A stretch of 58,069 nt of DNA, the filler included, from Basidiobolus ranarum (Eukaryota): NCBI GenBank assembly GCA_040143965.1. It is 8 parts of 8 records of this genome, joined end to end, with 100 filler letters (N's around TTAATTAATTAA, not from the genome) between each part and the next. Parts side by side here need not be neighbours in the genome. Positions count along the whole stretch, not along the records: positions 36,415 to 43,581 come from JASJQH010001170.1; positions 43,682 to 50,832 come from JASJQH010001171.1; positions 50,933 to 58,069 come from JASJQH010001172.1; 5 more parts are not named here. The stretch is one strand, 5' to 3'. The notes under the pieces were generated by a model. It ran no database searches. It was not told the DNA's origin and saw only the letters and a program-made list of their open reading frames with translations. Made by a program: the position numbers and the translations under genes. Positions 39,657 to 51,475 of the stretch are shown one piece after another. Position 1 is the stretch's first letter, and every line of letters starts with the position of its first letter.

Positions 39657-40488
39657 TCAGGGATGAAGAGACGCAGTGAAAGAGCTTGTGGATGGCATGT
39701 CAGTATCTTGGTCATTGGTGGGAACAAGAGTAATAATTTCCGGAACTTTCTCCGGCTCGCCCATCATTGGTGGTTCATTTAACAAGGATTTGTAATACTC
39801 AATCGTCTTGTTCAAAGTCACTATTTCCTGTTTGAGGAGTACACAGCTCGAACAATCACTTACTGAATCATTCATGTGCTTGGATCCACGTTTGGACGGA
39901 ATTGTTGATTGTGGATTGATGAATGAAAATGTGGATAAACTCGGTGAAGGCAATGATGGAAACGGTTGTTGAATTGGATATTGAACTCTTGTGTGAGTAT
40001 ACGAACCTGACATTCGTTGAATGAGATGAAGAGAATCAGGTTTGTCTCGCTTAAAGTGTTGATGGGAATAGATGATCGAGAGTGTATCACTTCTCCCCTT
40101 AGTCATTCGTGATGTGGAAATACGGTGAAAGCGATGTATCTATTGGAACTAGTGTTATGTCGCTATTTGATCAATACACTCATTCAGTAGTAATTACATT
40201 CAGTTGGTGAGAGAACGAGGTAAATTTACTAGTCCCGTAATATTGGGGTAGTACTTGCGAGGCAAAATTCATCGGGTTCTTGATGATAAATCGGATCCCT
40301 GACCGTTCCCAAGCTATCAAATCAGCGTACTTTGGTTCAGAAAGGATTCTATACAATCGGTCAAGTTAGAAAAAGGTTAGGTAAATGTGGGGCTTAAGGA
40401 GAGTGTGGTGGGTAGATATCAATAGCACATACTCATAAAGACTTAGCACAAAGAGTGGAATACGAATGGTGTCATATTCTTTCAACAT
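39657..40488 (-). CDS. miniature HSF-type DNA-binding-domain protein, copy 1 (229 aa; exons 40488-40433, 40348-40198, 40139-39657)
   Basis: Spliced translation IPLFVLSLYEILSEPKYADLIAWERSGIRFIIKNPMNFASQVLPQYYGTSKFTSFSHQLN|IHRFHRI...YSHQHFKRDKPDSLHLIQR matches the HSF winged-helix domain. Two in-frame GT-AG introns. Confidence 0.88.
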
Positions 40489-41099
40489 CTATGCCTCACA
40501 TGATGGTACCATTCTTCATATATATATTAATTGAAAGTCAATCGAACTAAACTAAAAATTCGGCCCTATGATTGAGATAGTAGACAGTAATCCCTATCTG
40601 TCTTTCTTGTATAGTTGTTTCTATCTATGTTCCATTCTATAATATGAAACAATATTGCGGTCTCAATGCCTTATGAATCTGACTGCATCAATTTCTTGTT
40701 TCATATCGTAGGATCTACATAGCCTAAGGCGATCATTGCACTTGATAGAATATAGATCCAATATGTATATATGTTCTCAGCTATGACTGGTCACACAAAT
40801 CGTTCAGTTATCGTTTTTCTAGACTGAGATTGCCGCATAATTGGAAGAAGTTACTGATGTGTTTCAAAATACAAATCAAAAAAGAACCAATTTCATCTTT
40901 AAAACTTTTCTACCTAACCAAAGTCTATATGAGTTCAATATTTTTACTGAATTCAGTGAAACTTCTGTATTGCATACGGATAGTTGGTCGGATTAAAACC
41001 TGCACGCATTCTTGGCGAGTCCTCTTCCAAGTAGTGTGAAACAGCAAAAGAGAAGGTTCCAGATAGCAACATATCTGAGGGATAAATACATTGGTTGCA

Positions 41100-41830
41100 T
41101 ACACTGCCATGAGTGTATTTTGTCGAGGGATTTCATTATTTGTGTCATACGCCAATGCTTCGGTTATTATGAGCGTATAATAATAAGTTTCCATTCTCAT
41201 CTTTACCATTTCCTGTCTAAGTGGCTTTCGTACAGTGGCGCACTGGTTCAGCTGTGGGTTGTAGTTCCCTTTCGTCTTGAATCAAGGACTGTGGCCTGTA
41301 TTTAGATTAAGTTGAAGATGTCATTTAAGAATAGGACGAAGGTATGGCGATAGGTAACTCCAATCTGACTTCGATCGTCACATTTTGAGTTGAATACTTT
41401 GTTTGAGTAAACGAACCCAAGATACGTTGGACGTTTTGAAGGACTACCCTTCATGAATCACCGATTCCTCTTCGGCCTGAAACTCGATAAAAGTAACCTA
41501 TCTGTTCAACATTAATAGCATTACAGTGGCTACAATTTACATAAATAAAGCTTACATTTAATCGACGAGAGGATGATGTAAATTCAGTTGTCTCGTAGTA
41601 TTGAGGTAGCATTTATGAGGTTAAATGGATAGGATCCATGATAAATCTGGTATCCGACTAGTCTCAGGCTATTATATCAGAGAGTATGCTAGAAAAATTA
41701 GTGTTAACGCAAAAAGAAGAGGATGATAAAAACGGTAAACAAAGTGGTTTACTTTGAAAGAGTTTCGCACAAACGGGTGGAACTTTTGGAGTTAATCTGT
41801 TTATTTCTCAATAACGAAGATCCTACCCAT
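41100..41830 (-). pseudogene. miniature HSF-domain paralog, copy 2 (pseudogene)
   Basis: Decayed VPP(F)VRKLF|ILSDIIA*D*SDTRFIMDPIHLTS*MLPQYYETTEFTSSSRRLN|..FYRVS with the same two intron positions, and a coiled-coil remnant LRQEMVKMRMETYYYTLI. Stops and frameshifts present. Ends approximate. Confidence 0.75.
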
Positions 41831-42872
41831 TGCTATGAGTTCAAGCTCTGTAGGTAAAAATAGTAGAATTAGGTGGGACTTGTCAGCAAGGTCATGGCCA
41901 GCTCATATATTTTATAGAGTTAGCTAATAGGTGTCATTATGAGACAGAAAGAAACAAAGAATGTTCAATTCAAGCCCTTAATATATGTATGAGGCTACTA
42001 CTCTCATGGTTGCTTGATGAATTTACAAATATTTCACCCTTCTACACATATCTCATCGTTGTTCAAGTTTTTGCCATATTGATTGGATTTCAAAGAATGT
42101 TATTTATATGCATTGAGGGTACTGCGGTGTGCGCTAAATGGAATGCTAGAATGGGCTTTTCTAGATTCGAGATCTGTTATTGCGACCTAAATGTATCGAA
42201 TAGAAAGGGTGTGATCCAACACTACGCTCATTTGTTACAAAGCAATGCAATATATGCTATGTAGTAACATCCATTTATTCCAGATCAATAGTGGCAAGCG
42301 CTTCAAAAGTACCTTCTAACCCGAACAATCATATATTGAATCTGTTGTAAGTTTTAGTTCCGTTTCATCTTGAGTTTTAGGCGGTAAATGATAATTCGAT
42401 ATACAGATCAGGAGGCTATCGATGTAAACGATAAAGATAGTGTGACTGATTAATCCGATTTGGCTTCCGTTGGCACAGTAGGAATTGAATACTTGGCTTT
42501 TGTTTGCAATCGAGCAATACTGAACAAGATACTAGCACCACCGCTCTATATATATATATTCTACTTCGCATAAATCAGTTGAATTCTTTATGTCTTAATA
42601 ACGAAGCAAGCACTCATTACGACTGTTATATACACAATTCAAAGTTACTTACTCCGCTCCTTTACTCATAATATCTACTTTCGTGCACAAATTCGTTTAT
42701 TTTATTGTTAATAAGGTATGATCTACTACAAATACGATTTTACTACCAGAGCCACCTCATATGTGATGACCTGGCTAATCCAGTTGGTTGACACCTATTA
42801 GCTTGATCGGCACTAAATTGATACGCAAGGGTGGAAAGTATACTTTACAACAACACTTCACAATAGTATCCA

Positions 42873-43581
42873 TTAATTACTTCCATTGCTAGGAAACCAT
42901 TGAAGGTTACACATAGGTGAAGGATATGGGTAAATATGAGGATATACATTGGAATCAGAATTAGTCCATAAGCAAGTCGAGGTCTCTTCTAGTGGCATAG
43001 GCACAGTGGAAGAGGGGATCAAAGACTGTGATATATCGACGGTACAAGCTTCTTGACCATTTGTGAGAATGTCAATATACTTGCCTGAATTATCTATTAG
43101 GGACTTATAATACTCAATCGTCTTGCTCAAAATTGCCACTTCTCGTTTAAGAGCCGTACAACTCAAACAGTCCACTGCTGTATCTTTCGTGTACATTGAT
43201 TCAGATCCATCTCGAGACACTGAGTGTGAATTGCCACGTGGAGTGGAGGATAATACTGACGAGAGTGGCGAAGGTAGTAAGGTAGACTTGATGTCTCGAC
43301 TTTCTTCTTTCACTTTAGAATATGGACCCGATATGCGTTGAATAAGGTGCAGGGAATCAGGTTGATCTCGCTTAAAATATTGATGTGAATAGATTATTGA
43401 TGATGTAACAACGCTCTGTTTTGTCCTTCGCCGGTCAGAAACCCTACAGAATCCATAGATCTATTCAAGAGAATTGATTAACAATGTACTGTTGAATGTT
43501 GCTATCTCCAAAGATTTACATTGAGTTGACGAGTGAATGAGGCTAATTTGCTAGTATGGTAATATTGGGGAAGTACTTTGG
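42873..43581 (-). CDS. miniature HSF-type DNA-binding-domain protein, copy 3 (5' end cut by contig edge; intron 43461-43519)
   Basis: KVLPQYYHTSKLASFTRQLN|IYGFCRVSDRRRTK...YSHQYFKRDQPDSLHLIQR, then CLSCTALKREVAILSKTIEYYKSLI. The frame is open to TAA at 42873. Confidence 0.88.
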
Positions 43582-43681
43582 NNNNNNNNNNNNNNNNNNN
43601 NNNNNNNNNNNNNNNNNNNNNNNNNTTAATTAATTAANNNNNNNNNNNNNNNNNNNNNNNNNNNNNNNNNNNNNNNNNNNN
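43582..43681. other. artificial contig linker
   Basis: N44-TTAATTAATTAA-N44. Confidence 0.99.
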
Positions 43682-45400
43682 ACATATGAGTGTGCATTTG
43701 CATTGGCTCTGGATGGTTTCTCACTAAACAAATATTCCATTGGACAGGCTTGCTGGCCAATAATTTTAATTAACTTATATCTTCCTCATTGTGAACAGTA
43801 TAAGAGTCAAAATATGTTAATATTATCCATCATATCTGGATCTAAATCACAAATGCTTATAGATAGCTTCTAGTAGCCTTTGATTGTGGAATTTGAACAG
43901 TTATCTAATGGGGTTCAGATGAATGAATATTTTAAATGAGCTGATATCATTGTAGGTATTGATGACACTACTGCCATCAGTAAACCTGGAGGTTTTTGCA
44001 GTCACAATGCACTATCTTGCTGAAGATTTTGTTAAATCAATGGAGTCTACTCTATCAGGCATATGCATTACTACTATCAAAATACAAAACTAAACTCCTT
44101 AATTTTATCATCAAGAGCCTGGTTAGATTTCAACATGAATACTGATATCAATTTACTACATAGTCAGTCTAACATTAAACTTGGTATTAGCCTTAAGCCT
44201 AAGAATATATTGCTAAAGGCAATCAGCTGGAGCCAGAGCTTCCCATCAGGCACTATGCACTTACTATTTAACAACATCCCATTACTACTTCCTCAGCTAT
44301 AGAGTGGGATTTGCATTATCAAAGAGCCTTTCAAAATGGGATCAAAGTTTCAATGGATTGGGAAAATGCTTGAAACATCAAGATACCATCATATTTCACC
44401 AGGACTCTCATCAACATCCACTCATCTAGGTGTTTATTAAAATGTAAAGACTAGAAGTATTGGATTTGTATATATTCAAGTGGAGTCTTGAATAGATTTT
44501 GGCCTGATAACTATTGGCAACATTGGGAGTTGTTTGTGGAAATTGTTAATATGTTCTTACAGCATCTACTCCCATTGGCATATCTCAGGCACATACAGCA
44601 ACTGTTCAAAGACTTTGCAATTGGATATGAAAAACTTTATTACAGATTTAAAGAAGATAGACTGATTCTATGGTGAAATTCAATACATTCCCTGCTGCAT
44701 CTTTCTCAATGCTTAGAGATTATAGACCCTTGTTATACATTCTGTGAGTTCCCAATGAAGCTCACCTGCAGTGATATGAAGCTTTGTCTAAAATTGTCAA
44801 TATCACCATATGCTAATATGATTAACAATGTATCAGCAAAATCAATGATGGATGTAATGCAATGAGATAAGGAGACTCCAGAGTATATTAACCTTCCAAC
44901 AAAGGGCTCTTTGCTATGTGCTTACATTTTTTTGCATTGTTTAGGCACAATAAGAGCAACAAAGCCCAATTCATGGATACAGAGTAAGTACCTCTATAAT
45001 TCAGACTAATTTGTTTGTGTGTTTATCTGAGTGTATTTCTGGGAAAGCTGCAAGACAGACTTCTTGGTGAGAAAGATTGAGATATTCTGTATTATTATTT
45101 TGGCCATAGGGTAAATTATTCAAGCATTGACATATCTGTTTGTGGCGGGACATTTGTTGACTGCAAGTTGGATATATATTGGCTGAATTCTTTATGGAAA
45201 TTTGCCAAAATCCAAGAGCTTATTCTCATTGTGAATGGTAACAAGAGTCACCTATTTGCCAAGTGTCAGTGCCTTTTCAAAATTCCAGACATTTAGAATT
45301 TTTCCACCATTAGTTTGCTGGTAAGGCATATTGATGTTGTTGAGTTATGTCTGATCAGTCAAGTATATGCACATATAGAGACTAAACACCCAATATTCTT
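43682..45400 (+). mobile_element. degenerate CACTA/CMC-EnSpm transposase, copy C
   Basis: FALALDGFSLNK...CWPIILINL, SFPSGTMHLLFNNI and YWQHWELFV...GYEKLYY. Multiple in-frame stops. Confidence 0.88.
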
Positions 45401-45552
45401 GTAATTTTTGATTCTCATTATTACTGGAATACAAAGCCAAAAATAACTGAACACAGGCATGCATATTAATTCAAATTCCTACAGCAGTAAACAAAGTAAT
45501 TTGCCATTTGAAAGTTAGATTTATGCAAAAATTGCCGGAAATTAAATAATGC

Positions 45553-46618
45553 TGTAGTGTGGGATATGGGGTGTTAACTTAAATATTCAGTCTAAAGTTT
45601 AATCCCACTACAAGTCTCCAGCAAAGCTGAATTTTTTATACTGGAAGCTTAAAATATTGATAGAAGATGTATTCTTCACTCTATCTTTAAAGGGTAACAA
45701 CACACTTTAGTATGTCAATAGCTGGAAGACTTTATGAGAAAAGATTATTTCTGATAATAGAACTATGAAGAATCCTCAATACTAAAAGGGTAGATAAAAC
45801 TCTGGTGGTTTCTCTTACTTGAAGTCTGAACAAAAAGATATAGTTCTTTTGAGATTGGCAAAGACTTTGATTATAAGTTGGATATATTCTATGGCTGTAA
45901 AAGTGAAGATAACTATAAAAGAATCTGAACTGCAATCTTCAACAGTCAAACCTATTGAGTTGCAATAGGAATCTTGATTATCTTACTATGATACAGGGTA
46001 GAATATCTAGTTAAGGAAAGGATGAAGAATATGGTGCAGTTTTGAATGGTGCTAAGGCTAGAAGCTTTTTCACTAGGGGGAAGGGTTGTTTATATAAAGA
46101 AATTACTAAGAATAAATGCTATAAATTGGTGGCTGAGAATAAATGTAATGGGTAGGTGGCTTAGCATCAAATGCCAATTAGATCACTAATATAGCAGCCA
46201 TGGCTTTGAAGCTTTGAACACATCAGCATCAAGTACTGTTGTAGTTCTGGGCAAAATTTGAAGAGAATCCATGGCTGGTTCAAGCATTTGTAACATTTTT
46301 GTGAGCATCTTGAGGTCCTGAATTCCTGTGTTCTGAATATAAGCTAGTATTGATTTTAATGTAGGGAATATTCAAATGGGTGTAGCATCCCCAATAATTG
46401 ATCAAATCTTATTATTTCTGCATGGTTGCAAAGCTCTAATTTAGGAGGTTTTGATTGCAGCTTGAATTACTACAATAAGCTAAGAATTGTTGCAACTACA
46501 AGCAATCAAATATTCTTGTTCTTTTTCTTGATCTGCATAAATTTTAAAAGATAGCAATAGATAATATTCTTCCTACTTATCATATGCAAGATAATGTTGG
46601 AATATTTCCAGCACTACA
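45553..46618 (+). mobile_element. 1066-bp solo-LTR-like insertion with 4-bp TSD (ATGC)
   Basis: Termini TGTAGTG...CACTACA form a 7-bp inverted repeat. ATGC flanks both sides (45549-45552, 46619-46622). Removing the insert restores the CACTA sequence seen uninterrupted near 48030-48065. Orientation is arbitrary. Confidence 0.85.
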
Positions 46619-46849
46619 ATGCATGCCAAATATGAGGATCAATACTTTTACATATATGAATACCATCAAGATACCATTAAGAAGCTGCTATCACACCATC
46701 AAAATCCCTGGCCAAATGCAAGCCACCAATATTATGATGGCTCTGAGAAGGTTTTGCAATTCAGGAGGGTGGATCCAATCCAGATTAAATTGATTTTATT
46801 TTTGTTAGGGCACAGAAATTCCAGTTTGTTTGGTAGTATGTCACAAGAT

Positions 46850-47850
46850 TAAGATGAAGACAACATTTTTATTTTTGAGTCTTTGTTATTGGCAAGCACT
46901 GGCCCACTCATAACACTTACAGTAAAGGAAGCAGCTTAGAATATTGTGGAGCAGAGAGTTTAATCCAATTGTAGCAACCTGGTGTTTACTGGTTTTCTTG
47001 CACTTTTAACAAAGTTCATTGGCAACTGTGGCTTGCCAAAGACCTGGTACAAGTGGAAAACACTTCTCAATTCTATGACTTACAATTTTGCAATATATAA
47101 ACTACCTACATGTGCAAATGGTTGTTTGGCTTTCACTGGTGATCTAAAAAACCTGAAGTCATGCATTGTTTGCACACAATGGGCAATCACAAAGCACATA
47201 AATATTGTTCATATTTGGCATACATATTGTTGATTTGCCATTATTAAGTTTTTATGAAGTTATCTAAATAGAGATCATTAATCTGGTACCAAAGTACTTG
47301 CCATAAAGCTGATGGTGTTATCAATATACTTGATGGATATCACTGCCAGACTGTGAAAAGTCAAGGTTTCTTTGAGAACACATATGATCACACATTTATA
47401 TTAGCTCTGCATGATTTCACATTGAACAAATATACTGTTGGAAAGGTTTACTGGCCAATAACTTTAATTAACCTAAATGTTCCTCCTTCTGAGCAGTATC
47501 ACAGTCATAATATTCTGATAATATCTATTATATCTGGACATAACTCACTAATGTTTGTAGATAGCTTCCTGGAACTTTTATTGCAGATTTTGAATGGTGC
47601 CCAAGTGGGGTTCAGGTGAGTGAATTTTTTTTTGAAGCTAATGTCATGGTCTGTACTGGTGACATCCCTGCCATCATTCAACTTAGAGGCTTTCATGGGA
47701 ACAAAGCATTGTCTTACTGTAGATTTTGTCACAGCAATTGAATTGACTCTACCAGCTTATGCACTACTGCTATATAAGTACAATACTAAACTCCATGATT
47801 CAACCATCAAGTACCTAGTTTGATTTTAACACACTTGCTGATATTATTTC
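46850..47850 (+). mobile_element. degenerate CACTA transposase N-terminal fragment, copy D
   Basis: KLPTCANGCLAFTGDLKNLKSCIVC (C-x3-C...C-x2-C motif upstream of tnp2) and GFFENTYDHTFILALHDF...YWPITLINLNVPPSE. Confidence 0.82.
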
Positions 47851-48189
47851 ACTAAACTCCCTGAGAAAAACAAAATCAATTGGGTCCTGATTGGATCCAC
47901 CCTTCTAAATTGCAAGCCATCAGAGAACCATCACATTTTGATAGCTTGCATTCCGCCAGGGATTTTGATGATGTGATGGCAGTCTCTTGATGGTATTACA
48001 ATGGTATTTGTACATGTTAAAATATTGATCCACATATTTGGCATGCTTTATTAATTTCTGGCAATTTTTTCAAACTATAATTTTTGAACAGCAAATTACT
48101 GGGCTTACTGCCATAGGAGATTGAATTAATATGCATGCCTTTATTTAGTTATGTCAGGCTTTGTATTCCAGCCATATTGAGAATCAAAA

Positions 48190-50500
48190 AATACAAGAAT
48201 CTTGTTATGTTTAGTCCCTACATATTCACATACTTGACTGATCCGACATAACTCAACAACATCAATATGCCTTGTCAGCAAATTAATGGTGGAAAAATTG
48301 CTAAACATCTGAAATTTTAAATAGCAATGATGCTAGGTAAGTAGCTGACTCTTGGCAAATAGATGACTCTTGTTACCATTCACAACAAGAATAAGCTCTG
48401 TAAAGAATTCAGTCTATATATCCCCAACTTGCAGTCAACAAATGTCCTCCCACAAGTAGATGTGTCATTGCTTGAATAGATTACCCCATGGCTAAAACAA
48501 TAATATTGAATATCTCCATCTATCATACCAAGAAGTTTGTCTTCCAGCTTTCCTAGAGACACCATAATACTATTACACAAACAAATTAGTCCAAATTATG
48601 GAGGTACTTACTCTGTGTACATGGAATGGGCTTTGTTGTTGTGATTTTGCACAAACAATGTGAAAACCAGAGAGCATGTTGAAAAGAGCCCTTTGTTGGA
48701 AGGATAAAATACTCTGTAGTCTCTTTAACCCATTGCGATACATCCATCACTGATTTTGCTGATACATTGTTAATCAGATTAGCTTACAGTAATACTGACA
48801 ATTTCACACAGAGCATCATTTCACCACAGGTGCACTCCATTGGGAACTCCCAGAATGTATAGCAAGGGTCAATAATCTCTAAGCATTGAATAGGATGCAT
48901 CAGGGAATGTATTGAATTCCAGCATAGAATCAGTCTAACTTCTTCAAACATGTGATAAAGTTTTTCATATCCAATTACAAAATCTTTGCACAGTTGCTGT
49001 ATCTGCCTGAGGTTTGCCAATGTGAGTTGATGCCATAAGAATATGTTAACAATATCCACAAGCAACTCCCAATGTTGCCAATACTCATCAGGCAGAAATC
49101 TTTTCAAAATTTCACTTGAATATATACAAATTCAATACTTCCAGTCTTTGCATTTGAATAAACACCTAGATGAGTGGATATTGAAGGGAGTCCTGGTAAA
49201 AATGTTAGTATCTTGACATATCCAAGCATTTTCCCAATCAATTCAAACTTTGATCCTATCTCAGATGGCTCATTCATATCAACTTTTCCACTATATAGCT
49301 GAGTAAGTAGTATCAGAATGTTGCTGAATAGTAAGTGCATAGTTACTAATGGGAAGCTCAGGCTCCAGCTGATCCCTGTGAGCAATTTAATCTTAGGCTT
49401 AGGGCTAATACAAAGTTTGATGTTAGACTCACTATTTGGTGAATTGATTTCTGTGATCATGTTAAAATCTGACCAGGCTCTTGATGGTAAAATCACAGAG
49501 CTTAGTAATGTATTTGGATAGTAGTAATTTGTATGCCTGATAGAGTAAACCCCATTGATTTGACAAAATCTACAGCATGATAGTGCATTGTGCCTGCAAA
49601 AACCTCCAAGTTTACTGATGGCAGGAGTGTCACCAATACATACAATGATATTATCTTTAATAAAATATTCACCCATCTGAACCCCATTAGATAACCATTC
49701 AAACTTCACAATCAAAGGCTCCAAGAAGCTATCTATAAATACTAGTGATTAAGGTCCAGATATGATGGATTGTATCAAAATATAACATTTGTTATACCGT
49801 TCAGAAAGAGGAAGATTTAATTTAATTAAAATTATTGGTCAGCAAGCCTTTCTGATGATGTATTGGTTTGACAAGAAACCATCTAGAGCCAATACAAATG
49901 CTTGATCATATCTGTTCTCAAAGAAACCTTGACTTTTCAGATTCTGGTAGTGATATCCATCAAGTATATTGGTAATATCATCTGCTTTATGTTGAGTACT
50001 TTGGTATTGGATCAATGATCTATATCTGGGTGATTTCATCAAATCTTTAAGACAGGGAATCAATTATAGGTAAGCCAAATATGGACAATATTCACCTGAT
50101 TCAGTTGTTGCCAATTGTGTGCAAACAGTATATGACTTCAGGTTTTTCAGATCACCAGTGAAAGCCAAACAATCATTTAAACATGAAGGTAATTTAATTA
50201 CTGAAGGACTATAAGTCATATGATTGACAAGTCTTTTCCACTTGTACCAGAACTGTGGCAAGCAACAGTTGCCAATATATTATGGTTAAAGGGTAAGAAA
50301 ACCAATAAACACCTGGTTGCTAAGATTGAATTGAACTCTCAACTCTTCAATAATCAAAGCTGTTTCTTTTACAGTAAGTGTCATGTGTGGACTAATGCTT
50401 GCCAATAACCAAGAGTCCTTAATACAACCGTTGTCTTCTTCTTTAACTTATGATGTACTACAATCAGCACTGGAATAACCAAGGTCAACATCTAGCAGCA
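48190..50500 (-). mobile_element. degenerate CACTA/CMC-EnSpm transposase, copy E
   Basis: SCLNDCLAFTGDLKNL, DITNILDGYHY, FVLALDGF, CIGDTPAISKLGGFCRHNALSCCRFC, SFPLVTMHLLFSNI and CYTFWEFPMECTCG. Confidence 0.9.
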
Positions 50501-50519
50501 TGTGATATGCAGAAAATTT

Positions 50520-50832
50520 GGATAGATTTATTACAACAAGGGAATTGCAGGCACAGCACTGTAACAATTTGTATGAATCATAAGTGAAAAACTAACAAGT
50601 TGCTATACAGGCCATGACAAGCAAGAATGCCGCAATATTGCAATTTATGCAGCATTTGGAAGCAACTAGTCAACATTTAGAGAGTCAGTCAACCATGATA
50701 CCGGACCTTAAGAACACTGTACTTGAGCTACAGCAACATGCTGCTGCCTCCATCCATCCTCACACAGTATTTCAATCAATCCCACACCATACATATGAAT
50801 GTCACCATGACAATCTAGCAGAGCAGAATATG
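50520..50832 (+). pseudogene. fragment of CACTA second ORF (coiled-coil part)
   Basis: Clear nucleotide similarity to 18540-18845, e.g. ctgtacttgagctacagcaacatgctgct and caccatgacaatctagcagagcagaatatg. Confidence 0.65.
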
Positions 50833-50932
50833 NNNNNNNNNNNNNNNNNNNNNNNNNNNNNNNNNNNNNNNNNNNNTTAATTAATTAANNNNNNNNNNNN
50901 NNNNNNNNNNNNNNNNNNNNNNNNNNNNNNNN
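50833..50932. other. artificial contig linker
   Basis: N44-TTAATTAATTAA-N44. Confidence 0.99.
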
Positions 50933-51125
50933 TCCAATTGAGTGTTATAGGACCCAGCCATGGTAATTGACAGATCGCGCCAGATGGTGTACTAGCAGGC
51001 TGGATCAAGCGGCACGATCTGATCTGGTCTGATGGAACAATTCTTATATGTGATATTTTAGAAAAAGAGCCTTTAGAAGTTTTTGCACACTCAACAACTC
51101 AGGAAGGCTCAATTCAGAGCATCTT

Positions 51126-51475
51126 TGACCAAAGTGTTTTGGCAAGCAGGAATTGTTTTGGAAAAGATTTGAATTTGTGAATTGGACACCTGAATCTTAT
51201 TAAGTGAACATGTACTTTTCATAGTTTACCATGTAATACCACCTATGGATGTGTATAGATCATAACTACATGCCTGTAAAGCATGGGCAAACACTTGGGG
51301 TGATGTGGGGAAGTTTTGAGAAGGAAGTGAAAACTTGTAACAGTGATTGAATTGATAGAGATATCAATTAGAGCAATAAAAACTTTCTTTTGAATGGCAG
51401 AACTGAGTGCTAAATAATTATAATATTAATAAACTAACTACTAAGTAATGGGTTACTATTTGCCAAATTGCAACA
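51126..51475 (-). repeat. copia 3' LTR (~350 bp)
   Basis: TGTTGCAA...TTTGGTCA immediately after the PPT. Alignable with the LTRs at 21353 and 54795. Confidence 0.82.
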
